Source: an uncultured Gemmatimonadaceae bacterium
GTDB lineage: Bacteria; Gemmatimonadota; Gemmatimonadetes; Gemmatimonadales; Gemmatimonadaceae
Length of the DNA: 64,000 nt
Reading direction: 5' to 3'
Assembly (NCBI GenBank): GCA_963740355.1
Contig: CAVUDW010000002.1
Span: 256,001-320,000, forward strand
The notes under the pieces were generated by a model. It ran no database searches. It was not told the DNA's origin and saw only the letters and a program-made list of their open reading frames with translations. This document shows positions 18,501 to 29,500 of this stretch, one piece after another (the first letter of the stretch is position 1; every line of letters begins with the position of its first letter). The translations under genes and the position numbers were made by a program.

Positions 18501-21500
18501 AGGCTGCGGACGGTGCGGTGGTGACGGTGTCGAACTTCGTCGTCAACGAGCCGCTGCTGTTGCCGGATGGCAGCGCGGAGCGATTCGCCTGGCAGACGGT
18601 CGTGATCCCGGATGGCGCAGGGGTGCGGGTTGAGCTTCGCGCTCCGCGTGCCGGTGAACGTGGCGCGGGCGACACGCTGCGCTGTGTGGCATCGGCGGAC
18701 GCCATGGTGTGCCGCGATGAGCAGGTGGCGACGCCCGAAGTCGCGATTGCGGCGCACTGGCAGCACGATGCCGAGTCGCTGTATGCGCGGTTCACAGCAC
18801 TGGGCATGCAGTTCGGGGAGAGCTTCCACGCCATCGATCTCTGGCGGCTGGACGCCACCTCGGGCGAAGCGTGGTTGGTGCGCCGTGCTCCGAGCGGAAG
18901 TGGTGCTTCGGTGGCGGGCGTGCACCCGGCCGTGCTGGATGGAGCGTTGCAACTCTGCGTCACCGCGATGACCAGCGCAGACGAGTCGCTGCCCGGGGCG
19001 CTGCTGCTGCCGATGGGTGTGGACTCGTACACTGTGCTGAAGCCGGCGCCGCAGCGTGTGCGTGCCGTGATGCAGGTGACGCGCGAGACCGGTTCGGCCG
19101 CGATGATGGCGAACGTGGTGCTGTACGATGAAGCCGGCGCGCGGGTTGCCGTGATCAACGGTGCGCGATTCGCGCAGGTGGAAGCCGATGCACTGGCGAG
19201 CCTCACCAGTATCGACGACGACCTGTACGACATCGAGTGGCGTCGTATCGGGTCGAGTGTGGCGGTGGGCGCGGCTGCAGCGGCGGGGCGATGGATCGTG
19301 TTGACCAACGACAGCGACGTTGGTCAGGCGATGATTCACGGCCTCGAGGCTGCGGGGGGCGTGTGTGAAGTCGTTCGCGCGCAGTCGGTTGCTGGCGCGG
19401 CTGGCTGGGCCGTCGATCCCGAGACACCGACGTCAGTGCGAGACTGTTTCCGTGCGATCGTCGGCGCGTCGCCGCTTCCCGTGCGCGGCATCGTGCATGC
19501 CTGGAGCGCCGATGCCGGTGCGGTAGCCAGTGCGGCAACGACGGCGAACCTGCTCGACCCTGACTGGCTGGTGACCGGTTCGGCGCTTTCGACACTTCAG
19601 GCGCTGGCGCAGGAGCCGATGGCTGGCGCGCCGCTCTTTCTGCTCACGCAGGGCGCCCAGCCGGTGAAGGGTGCGGTCGCGGCACCGCAGCACGCGGGCC
19701 TCTGGGGATTGGCGCGCGTGGCGACACTCGAAATGGCGGATGTCGATTGTCGCGTGATCGACATGGAGCCCGGTCCGGCGTCGGCGTCCGCGCCTGCCGT
19801 CATCGGCGAGTTGGTGCGGACCGATGCGGTGCAGCCACGCGTGGCACTGCGAGGGGGCGATCGATTCACGCCGTTCATCGCCCGTTATCGCGCACGCGCA
19901 GCGAGTGCCGTGCCACGCGATGCGCGGCTCGTACTGTCCGACGCGGGGACGCTGGAATCGTTGCGCTGGGAGTCGGCCAGCTTCCGCGCACCCGAGGCAG
20001 ATGAAGTGCGCGTGCAGGTGCTGGCGACCGGCGTGAATTTCCGCGATGTGCTGCTGGCGCTTGGCATGTATCCCGGCAGCGATGGTGTGCTGGGTGCAGA
20101 ATGTGTCGGGGTCGTCGACGCCGTCGGCCGCGACGTCACGACGCTGCAACGCGGTGACCGCGTGTTCGGCTTCGCACCAGGCAGCATGGCGACCAGCGTG
20201 ATCGTGCCAGCCGCCTTCCTCGCTGCAGTACCGGACGACGTCAGTGACACACAGGCGGCTGCACTGCCGGTGGCGTTCCTCACGGCCATGCTGGGCCTGT
20301 ACGCGACGGCGCAAATCACCCGTGGCACGAAGGTGCTGGTTCATGCGGCCGCGGGCGGCGTCGGGCTGGCTGCCGTGCAACTGGTGCAACGGGTTGGCGG
20401 CGAGGTGTTCGCCACGGCGGGATCGCCGGCCAAGCGCGCGTACCTGAAGTCGATCGGCGTTCAGCACGTCTTCGATTCGCGCTCGGTGTCGTTTGCGGAT
20501 GACGTGCTGGCGGCGACCGATGGCCGCGGCGTCGATGTCGTGTTGAACTCGCTCGCAGGTGAATTCATCACGGCCAGCGTGCGCACGATCGCGACTGGTG
20601 GATGGATGCTCGAGCTGGGTAAGCGCGATATCTGGACACCGGCGCAAGTGGCCAGCGCCCGTCCCGACGTGCGGTACCGCGCCTACGACCTTGGCGGTGA
20701 AGCGCTGGCCGATCGCGGACTGCTGCCCCCAATGCTGGCGGAATTGCGCGCGTGGCTTGCCGATGGGTCCCTGCGGCCATTGCCGACGCGCGCCTTCGAA
20801 TTCGGCGCCGTGTCGGAAGCGATGCGCTTCATGGCGCAGGCGCGCCACATCGGCAAGCTGGTGTTGCGTGCGCCGGTGCGCACACAAATGGCTGATGCGT
20901 CGCTGGTTCGTGGCAACGCGACCTATCTGATCACTGGCGGCACCGGCGCGGTGGGTGTGCGCACGGCGCGGTGGCTGGTGTCGGCCGGCGCACGATCGAT
21001 CGTGCTCACCGGGCGCCGCGCGCCGGGTGCGGAATCGCAGGCCATCATCGACGGCTGTCGCGCAGCCGGCGCGGACGTGTTCGTGCGTGCGGTGGATGTC
21101 AGCGACGAACGTGCGATGGCGGCGGTGCTTGGTGAGATCGACGCCGAGATGCCGCCGTTGCGTGGCGTGGTGCACGCCGCAGGTGTCGTGGATGACGGCG
21201 TGCTGGTGAATCTCACGTGGGCGCGCTGGCGCGCTGTGCTGCAGGGCAAGGCGTGCGGCGCGCGCATTCTCAATGCGCTGACACAGCATCGGTCGCTGGA
21301 TTTCTTCGTCATGTATGCCGCGGCAGGGCTGCACCTTGGCCCGCTTGGGCAGGGGCCGTATGCGGCAGCCAATGCAGAGCTGGAAGCGCTCGCGTCGTCG
21401 CGTCGTGAGCACGGGTTGCCGGCGCTCAGTATCGCGTGGGGCATGTGGCCCGATGCCGGCATGGCCGCTGATGTCGCCGCGCGGGGCGGCGACGGCTGGA

Positions 21501-22132
21501 GTGGGCGCGGATTGCACTGGATCGATCCCGAGCGCGCCTTCGCGCAGATGGCGCGGCTGCTCGCAGAGCACGCCACGCAGGTGATTGCGATGCCCATCAA
21601 CTGGGCACAGTTCCTCGAAAGACTGCCCGCAGGCGAGGATCGCAGCTTCTTCCGCGCGGTCGAGCCGATGGTGCGTCGAGTGCCGACGGCACCGCTGGCA
21701 GCCACCGGCCGCGCGGTGTCGGTGGTGGAGAGCTGGCGCGCAGCACCGGCGTCAGCCTGGCGCGACCTCGCCATTGCGCACGTCCTCGAGCGAACGCGCC
21801 AGGTGCTGGGGGTAGACGACCTGTTCGTGATCCCGGAAGGGGTGGCGCTGAAGGATGTGGGACTCGATTCGCTGATGGCGGTCGAGTTGCGCAACGTGCT
21901 GACGCGGTCGCTGGGCAAGTCGCTGCCGGCGACCCTCCTCTTCGACTACCCGTCGCTCGATGCACTGAGTGGCTACCTGCTGCGCACCTTCGAGCTGTTA
22001 CCACCGGTGGTGCCCGCCGTCGTGAGCGTGCCAACCAACGCCACCTCCGAGATCGAAACACTCACCGACGAGGAAGCAGAAGCGTTGCTGCTGGCCGAAC
22101 TGAACTCCCTGGACTCCCAAGGCCGCCGATGA
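15559..22132 (+). CDS. PKS module M2: KS-AT-DH-ER-KR-ACP, one frameshift near 17900 in this sequence
   Basis: ORF 15559-18144 has KS (DTACSSS) and AT (GHSIG, YAFHS). Reading continues in ORF 17495-22132 from PCYSSVTG with [38 protein letters not shown]. Confidence 0.9.
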
Positions 22133-25100
22133 GCAGCGACACCACGACACCCGCCGACCTGTCACCCGTCAAACGCGCGCTGCTCGAAATTCGCGACCTC
22201 CGTTCGCGCCTCGCCGCGCTGGAAGCGGAGCGACACGAGCCGATAGCGATCGTTGGCATGAGCATTCGCGCCCCCGGTGGTGTCACGGATGTGGCGAGCT
22301 ACAGCCGATTGCTCTGGTCGGGCACCGACGCGATCACCGATATCCCGGCATCGCGGTGGTCGATGGAGGAGTGGTATGCCGAACCGCAGGACGCGGCCGG
22401 CAAGATGTACACCCGGTTCGGTGGTTTCATCAGTGATGTCGACCAGTTTGATGCCGAGTTCTTTGGTATCGCGCCGGTCGAGGCCGCGAGCATGGACCCG
22501 CAGCAGCGGCTGGTGCTGGAGTTGGCGTGGCACGCCCTGGAGGACTCTGGGCACGCGCCCGCTTCGCTGGCTGGCACGGCCGCTGGCGTCTATCTCGGCA
22601 TCTCCAACAGCGACTACGGTCGTGCGTTGTTTGCGCACCCCGAGTTGATCGATCCGTACTTCAGCCCCGGTACGGCGTCGAGCGTGGCTGCGGGCCGTGT
22701 GTCATATGTGCTCGGCCTGCACGGGCCGGCCATCAGCGTGGACACCGCCTGTTCGTCATCGCTGGTGTCGCTGCACCTTGCCGTGCAGGGATTGCGGCAG
22801 GGCGAATGCGACCTGGCGTTGGCCGGCGGTGTGAACCTGATCCTGACGCCCGAATTGAACGTCAACTTCTCGAAGGCCGGGATGATGTCGCGCGATGGTC
22901 GTTGCCGGACGTTCGATGCGGATGGCGCGGGATATGTGCGAGGTGAAGGCGGCGGCATGGTGGTGTTGCGTCGGCTGCGTGATGCCGTCGCCGACGGTGA
23001 CCGTATCCTGGCGGTGGTGCGTGGCAGCGCCGTCAACCAGGATGGTCGCAGCAATGGACTCACCGCGCCGAACGGGCCCTCGCAGGAAGCGGTCGTGCGC
23101 GCCGCGCTGGCGAACGCCGGAATCGCACCGAAGCTCGTGAGTTACGTCGAGGCGCATGGGACGGGCACGTCGCTCGGTGATCCGATCGAGGTCAACGCGC
23201 TGAGCGCAGTGTTGTGCGAGGGCCGCGATGCCGATTCGCCGCTGATGCTCGGTTCGGTGAAGACCAACATCGGTCATCTCGAGGCGGCGGCCGGTATTGC
23301 CGGCGTGATCAAGGCGGTCATCGCGCTGCAGCAGCAGGAGATTCCGCCGCACCTGCATTTCGCGACGCCCAATCCGTACATCGATTGGACGGCCATGCCG
23401 ATGCAGGTGCCGACGACCGTGACGCCCTGGGCACCCATCGAGGGTCGACGGGTGGCTGGTGTGAGTTCATTCGGCTTCAGCGGCACGAATGCGCACGTCA
23501 TTCTCGAGCAAGCGCCTGAGCCGGCATCGAGTGATGCAACGCCGGTTGGTGCGGCCGAATACGTGCTGGCGTTGTCCGCGCGAGACACAACTGCGCTACG
23601 CACGCTGGTGGAGCAGTTCAGTGACCGACTGCGCGCCGTCGATGCAGCGGACACCGCGACGCTGGCGAACATCTGCTTCACCGCCAGTGTGGGCCGATCC
23701 CATCTCGCCCATCGACTCGCCGTTTCTGGCGCGACCGCTGAGGCGTTGGTGGTGGGACTGGACGCCTGGTTGCACGGGACATCGCATCCACGCGTCGTCA
23801 CCGGTGTGGCTGGCGCGGAGGCGCCGCGCGTTGCGTTCCTGTTTCCTGGGCAGGGGCCGCAGTACGTGGGCATGGGGCGTCAGCTGTATGACACCATTCC
23901 CGAGTACCGCCGAGCGTTCGATGCCTGCGCCGACGCACTCGATCCGCTGCTGCCGCTGCCGATTCGCCCAATCGTCTTCCCTGACGACGGCGATGCTACG
24001 CTCCTCAACCAGACGGCGTACGCCCAGCCCGCGATGTTCGCGATCGAATACGCGCTGGCGTCGTTGTGGAAGTCATGGGGCGTGCAGCCGACGGCCGTGA
24101 TGGGTCACAGCTTCGGTGAATACGCGGCGGCCTGCGTGGCCGGTGTGGTGTCGCTGCCGGATGCGGCGAAGATGGTGGTGACGCGCGGCCGGCTGGTGGC
24201 GGCATTGCCCGGCGACGGCTTGATGACGGTTGTCGAAGCCTCCGAATCGGAACTGCTGGATGCGATTCGTGCCCAGGGTGGGGTGGTGGCGATCGCGGCC
24301 ATCAACGGTGCGTCGAACTGCGTGATCAGCGGTGACCGGAAGGATGTGACCGCGATTGCCGAAGGATTCGGTGCGATGGGTCGCCGCACCAAGGCGCTGC
24401 GCGTCTCGCACGCATTCCACTCGCCAATGATGGATCCGGTGCTGGATGAGTTCGAGCGGGAGCTTTCGTCGGTGACCTATACCGCGCCTACCACCAGCCT
24501 GATCTCGAACCTGACCGGAAACGTGGCCGATCTGTCGACGATCGGACATACGCACTACTGGCGCGAACACCTGCGGAATTCGGTGCGATTCTCGCAATCG
24601 GTGCAAGTCCTGGCTGCGCAGCGGATTACGCACTACATCGAAATGAGTCCGCATCCAGTGCTGCTTGGCATGGCGGCAGAGTGCGTGACGGGCGGCGTCT
24701 GGCTGCCGTCGTTGCGTGAGGATCAGGGCGCGTGGTCGGAGATGCTGCTCGCGCTGCAGCGCCTCTACGTCGATGGTGCGGCGATCGAGTGGGCTGCCGT
24801 CGTGGGAACTGGTGCGCATTATCGCGTCCAGCTGCCGACGTATCCGTTCCAGCGAAAGCGGCACTGGATCGACGCCGTTGGTACCCCCGCAGTGAGCAGT
24901 GCGGCGAATGCCCCGATCGCCGACTTCTGGTCAGTGGCCGTACCTTCGCTCAACGCACAGGCGCTGCGCGGACCGCTCGACCTGGATGCGGAATCGTATC
25001 CCGCGAAGTGGGAGTGCCTCGCTCGGCTGACGAATGCGCTGGTCATGCAGGCGCTGCGCGACCTCGGTGTGTTCACGCGCAAGGGCGAGTCCCACACGCT

Positions 25101-26547
25101 CGATACGATCCTCGACGTCGCCGGCATCCTGCCGACGCATCGCCATCTCGTGTCGCGCTGGCTGCAACACCTGGTGGCGGACGGCTCTCTACGGCAGGAT
25201 GGCGACGTCTTTCTCGTGCGCGAATTGCGTCCACGCGCACCGCTGGCGGAACTGTGGGCGGAAGCGGAACAGCGCTTCCAGAACAACCGTGAAATGCTGG
25301 CGTACGTGAAGAACTGCGCTGCGCGACTGACGGCGATCGTGACCGGCAAGGAGAGTTCGCTCGAGTCGCTGTTCCCGAACGGCTCGTTCGACCTCGCGAC
25401 CGCGCTCTACGAGCAGTCGGCCACCATGCGGTACATCAACGGACTGGCCGCCGCAGGGATCGAAGCGGTGGGTCGAACGATGCCGGTAGGGCGCACACTC
25501 CGCGTGCTGGAGATTGGCGCCGGTACTGGTGGCACATCCTCGTCGCTGATCCCGGTGCTGGCAGCTGATCGGACCGATTACCTCTTCACCGATGTCAGTG
25601 ACGCGTTCCTCGAGCGCGCGCGGGGGCGATTCGCCAACTATCCGCAGGTGCGCTTCGGCCTCTTCGATCTCGAGATCGATCCGGCGCAGCAAGGTTACAC
25701 TGCTGGACAGTTCGACGTGATCGTGTCGGCCAACTGCGTGCATGCGTCGCGCGACCTGCGTGCCGTGCTGGCGCGACTGCGCGCGCTGCTGGCACCAGGT
25801 GGGCTGCTGATGCTGGTCGAATCGACCGTGCACTTCGACTTCTTCGACATCACCACCGGATTGATCGAAGGCTGGCAGGCATTCGCCGACGATCTCCGGA
25901 CCGACAATCCGCTGCTCCCGCCCGAAACCTGGACGGAGGCGATGCGCGTCGCTGGCTTCGAGTTCGCCGAAGCGTGGCCGGAGCGGAGTTCAGTGGCGGA
26001 TGCACTTGGCCAACACGTCATCGTCGCACGGGCGCCGGGGGCCGTCTCGGCAGTGGCGACCGCTGCTACAGCACCGCGGACCGAACGTGCGGTGGCGGAC
26101 GTTCCGGCGGCACCAGTCGTGAACGATTTCCGGCTCCGCCTCGTGGAGGCCCTGCCCGCCGAGCGCCACGCAATGATGTGCGACGGGGTGCGCGGTGAAG
26201 TGATGCGTATCCTGCGCCTGGACGCATCATCGCCACCCTCTCGGCAGGATCGCCTGATGGAATTGGGCATGGATTCACTGATGGCGGTGCAACTGCGCAA
26301 CGCCCTCTCGACCATGCTCGAACTCGATCGAGCGTTGCCCTCGACCCTCATCTTCGACTACCCGACCATCGATGCAATCGCGGGCTTCCTGATGGAACGG
26401 AGTGGCCTGCTTGCCGCCGCGACACCGTCGCCGGTCGTTGCGACGCCGCGAGTCGATGAGACGGCAACCATCGCGGCCAGTACGATCGCCGGCATGAGTG
26501 ACGATGAAATCGCGGCCGCCCTGCTGGCGCGCGAGGATGGCGCGTGA
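22129..26547 (+). CDS. PKS module M3: KS-AT(malonyl)-MT-ACP, no reductive domains
   Basis: KS DTACSSS. AT GHSFG and HAFHS. SAM motif LEIGAGTGG and ANCVHA. ACP GMDSLM. No KR Rossmann motif seen. Confidence 0.93.
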   Translation: MSSDTTTPADLSPVKRALLEIRDLRSRLAALEAERHEPIAIVGMSIRAPGGVTDVASYSRLLWSGTDAITDIPASRWSMEEWYAEPQDAAGKMYTRFGGFISDVDQFDAEFFGIAPVEAASMDPQQRLVLELAWHALEDSGHAPASLAGTAAGVYLGISNSDYGRALFAHPELIDPYFSPGTASSVAAGRVSYVLGLHGPAISVDTACSSSLVSLHLAVQGLRQGECDLALAGGVNLILTPELNVNFSKAGMMSRDGRCRTFDADGAGYVRGEGGGMVVLRRLRDAVADGDRILAVVRGSAVNQDGRSNGLTAPNGPSQEAVVRAALANAGIAPKLVSYVEAHGTGTSLGDPIEVNALSAVLCEGRDADSPLMLGSVKTNIGHLEAAAGIAGVIKAVIALQQQEIPPHLHFATPNPYIDWTAMPMQVPTTVTPWAPIEGRRVAGVSSFGFSGTNAHVILEQAPEPASSDATPVGAAEYVLALSARDTTALRTLVEQFSDRLRAVDAADTATLANICFTASVGRSHLAHRLAVSGATAEALVVGLDAWLHGTSHPRVVTGVAGAEAPRVAFLFPGQGPQYVGMGRQLYDTIPEYRRAFDACADALDPLLPLPIRPIVFPDDGDATLLNQTAYAQPAMFAIEYALASLWKSWGVQPTAVMGHSFGEYAAACVAGVVSLPDAAKMVVTRGRLVAALPGDGLMTVVEASESELLDAIRAQGGVVAIAAINGASNCVISGDRKDVTAIAEGFGAMGRRTKALRVSHAFHSPMMDPVLDEFERELSSVTYTAPTTSLISNLTGNVADLSTIGHTHYWREHLRNSVRFSQSVQVLAAQRITHYIEMSPHPVLLGMAAECVTGGVWLPSLREDQGAWSEMLLALQRLYVDGAAIEWAAVVGTGAHYRVQLPTYPFQRKRHWIDAVGTPAVSSAANAPIADFWSVAVPSLNAQALRGPLDLDAESYPAKWECLARLTNALVMQALRDLGVFTRKGESHTLDTILDVAGILPTHRHLVSRWLQHLVADGSLRQDGDVFLVRELRPRAPLAELWAEAEQRFQNNREMLAYVKNCAARLTAIVTGKESSLESLFPNGSFDLATALYEQSATMRYINGLAAAGIEAVGRTMPVGRTLRVLEIGAGTGGTSSSLIPVLAADRTDYLFTDVSDAFLERARGRFANYPQVRFGLFDLEIDPAQQGYTAGQFDVIVSANCVHASRDLRAVLARLRALLAPGGLLMLVESTVHFDFFDITTGLIEGWQAFADDLRTDNPLLPPETWTEAMRVAGFEFAEAWPERSSVADALGQHVIVARAPGAVSAVATAATAPRTERAVADVPAAPVVNDFRLRLVEALPAERHAMMCDGVRGEVMRILRLDASSPPSRQDRLMELGMDSLMAVQLRNALSTMLELDRALPSTLIFDYPTIDAIAGFLMERSGLLAAATPSPVVATPRVDETATIAASTIAGMSDDEIAAALLAREDGA

Positions 26548-29500
26548 GCGAACAGGCGTCCGGCACACCGGCACTCTCCCCACTCCAGCGCGCCTTCATC
26601 GCGCTGGAGGAAACGCGCGCACGCCTGAAAGTGGCGGAAGCGGCTGCGCGCGAACCGATTGCAGTCATCGGGCTCGGTTGCCGTGTGCCAGGCCAGGCGA
26701 ACGACGCCTCGAGTTTCTGGAAGTTGCTCAGCGAGGGTGTCGACGCGATCGGCCCGGTGCCGGCGGATCGATGGGACGTTGATGCGTATTACAACCCCGA
26801 TGCAGAGAACCCCGGCACCATCGCGACCCGCCACGGTGGCTTCCTTGGCGCCGTGGACGGGTTCGACCCGACGTTCTTCGGGATCGCACGTCGTGAAGCG
26901 CAGGGGATGGACCCGCAGCAGCGCCTGTTGCTCGAGGTGGCGTGGGAAGCGCTGGAGCATGCCGGCCAGGCGCCAGATGGCCTGACGCGCTCATCCACCG
27001 GCGTGTATGTCGGGTGCGCTGGCAACGATTACGCGTTCATGCAGCTCGAGACCCGCGACCGTGAGCTGCTGGATTCGCACTTCGCGTCGGGTATGGGACA
27101 CAGCGTGCTTTCGGGCCGCATCTCCTACCTGCTTGGATTGCAGGGCCCGAGCCTGACGGTGGACACCGCCTGTTCATCGTCGCTGGTGGCGGTGCATCAG
27201 GCCTCGCAGGCACTGCGCGCCGGGGAGTGCCGGATGGCGCTGGCTGGCGGTGTGAACCTGATCCTGTCGCCCGACATCTACATCGCGCTGTCACGCTCGC
27301 GGATGCTCTCGCCCGATGGTCGCTGTCGCACCTTCGACGCCGCAGCGGACGGGTTCGCGCGGGGCGAAGGCTGCGGCGTGGTGGTGCTGAAGCGATTGAG
27401 CGACGCCGTGGCTGATGGTGATCGTGTACTGGCCGTCATTCGCGGCAGCGCCGTGAATCAGGATGGTGCGAGCAGTGGCCTCACGGCGCCGAACGGCCCG
27501 CAGCAGGAAGCGGTGATCCGCGAAGCATTGACGCGCGCCGGCATTGCGCCGCGACTGGTGAGCTACATCGAGGCGCACGGCACCGGTACGCAGCTCGGCG
27601 ATCCGCTCGAGATGCAGGCTCTGGGCGAGGTGTTCGGTGCGGATCGCGATGGCGTGCCCGCATTGTACGTCGGCTCGGTGAAGACGAACGTCGGTCACCT
27701 CGAAGCTGCCGCCGGTGTCACGGGGCTGATCAAGCTCGTGTTGTCGCTGCAGCACAAGGAGATTCCCGCCCACCTGCACTTCACCACGCCCAGCCCCCAC
27801 ATCCCGTGGGACGAGATTCCTGTGCAGGTCCCGACCAAACGTATCGCCTGGCCGGCGATCGACGGTCGGCGGATTGCCGGTGTCAGCTCGTTTGGTTTCA
27901 GTGGAACGAACGCGCACATCGTGGTCGAGGAAGCGCCGGCGACGGCGCCTGAACCGCTTGGCAGTGCGCTGCGACGGCTCGTGTTTGCGATGTCAGCCGA
28001 GAGCGAAGCGGCCTTGAAGGCGCTGGCAGCAGTGTATGCGTCGAGCTTCGTGGAAACGGCGGAAGGTGACTTTGCGAATGTGTGCTACACGGCGGCGGTG
28101 TCGCGGGCGAAGCATCCGTATCGCGCCGTTGTGCTGGCGTCCTGTGTGCAGGAGTTGCGTGAGTCACTGCTGAACCTTGTGGACGGTGTCGAGGATGATC
28201 GGGTGCGAACGGCGCGTGTCACGGGTCGCGATCCGGCACGCCTGGCCTTCCTGTTCACCGGACAGGGCGCACAGTACGCGGGCATGACGCAGCAGCTGAT
28301 CGAACACGAGCCGGTGTTTCGTGATGCGATCGATCGATGCGCCGCGATCCTCGCTCCGGTGCTCGACAAGCCGCTGCGGTCGCTGCTCGATGCCGCATCG
28401 CCTGACGCACGCTTCTCGACGAGACCCAGTACACGCAGCCGGCACTGTTCGCGGTGGAATACGCGATGGCGTGCCTGTGGCAGTCGTGGGGTATCTCACC
28501 GGACGCGGTCATCGGGCATTCCGTCGGCGAATACGTCGCGGCCTGTGTGGCAGGCGTGCTGTCGCTCGACGATGCGCTGCGACTGATCACCGAACGTGGC
28601 CGCCTGATGCAGGCGTTGCCTGCGGGCGGTGCAATGGCGGCGATCTTTGCACCGGAAGCCGAGGTGTCACCGCTGGTCGAATCGCGTCGCGACGCACTCG
28701 CGATCGCTGCGATCAATGGCGCGGCGCAGACGGTCGTATCTGGCACCACCGAGCCGCTGTTGACGAACTCGCGGCCCACTTCACAGCGCGCGGCATTCGC
28801 GTGCAGAAGCTGACGGTTTCGCATGCGTTCCACTCGCCGCTGATGGACCCGATGCTGGAAACGTTCCAGCGTGCGGCGTCGCAGGTCACCTACGCACGCG
28901 CCTCGACTGCGGCTGATCTCGAACGTGACTGGTGCGGTAGCCGATGCCGCTGTGGTCACCACGCCGACGTATTGGCGCGACCATGTGCGCGCCGCCGTGC
29001 GATTCGCCGACGGGATGCGCTCACTGGCCGCACTCAAGCCGGATGTCTGTCTCGAAGTCGGCCCACACCCGACGTTGCTGCCGTTCGCGAGGAAGCCTTC
29101 GTCGACGGTGCGTCACGCTTCGCGGCCAGCGTGCGCAAGACGCTGCCACCGTACGACCAGCTGGCAGAAGCGCTGGGGACGCTCTTCCTCGCTGGCGCGC
29201 CGATCGACTGGCGTGCCGTCTGGTCGTCGCATGCGGTGACGCTGGTCGACCTGCCGACGTACCCGTTCCAGCGCGAGCGCTGCTGGTTCGCTGCCAAGCG
29301 TGTCTCGGCGGCGAATGGGCAAGGACACGGGCCACCCGCTGCTCGGCACGCGATTGCGGTCCTCGCTGAAGGACGTCGTGCAGTTCGAGCGGGTACTCCA
29401 GTCGACTGATCTGCCCTACCTCCGCGATCATCGGGTGAGTGGACGGACGATTCTCCCGGGCGCCGCGTACGTCGAGATGGCATTGAGTGCCGCGCGTCTC

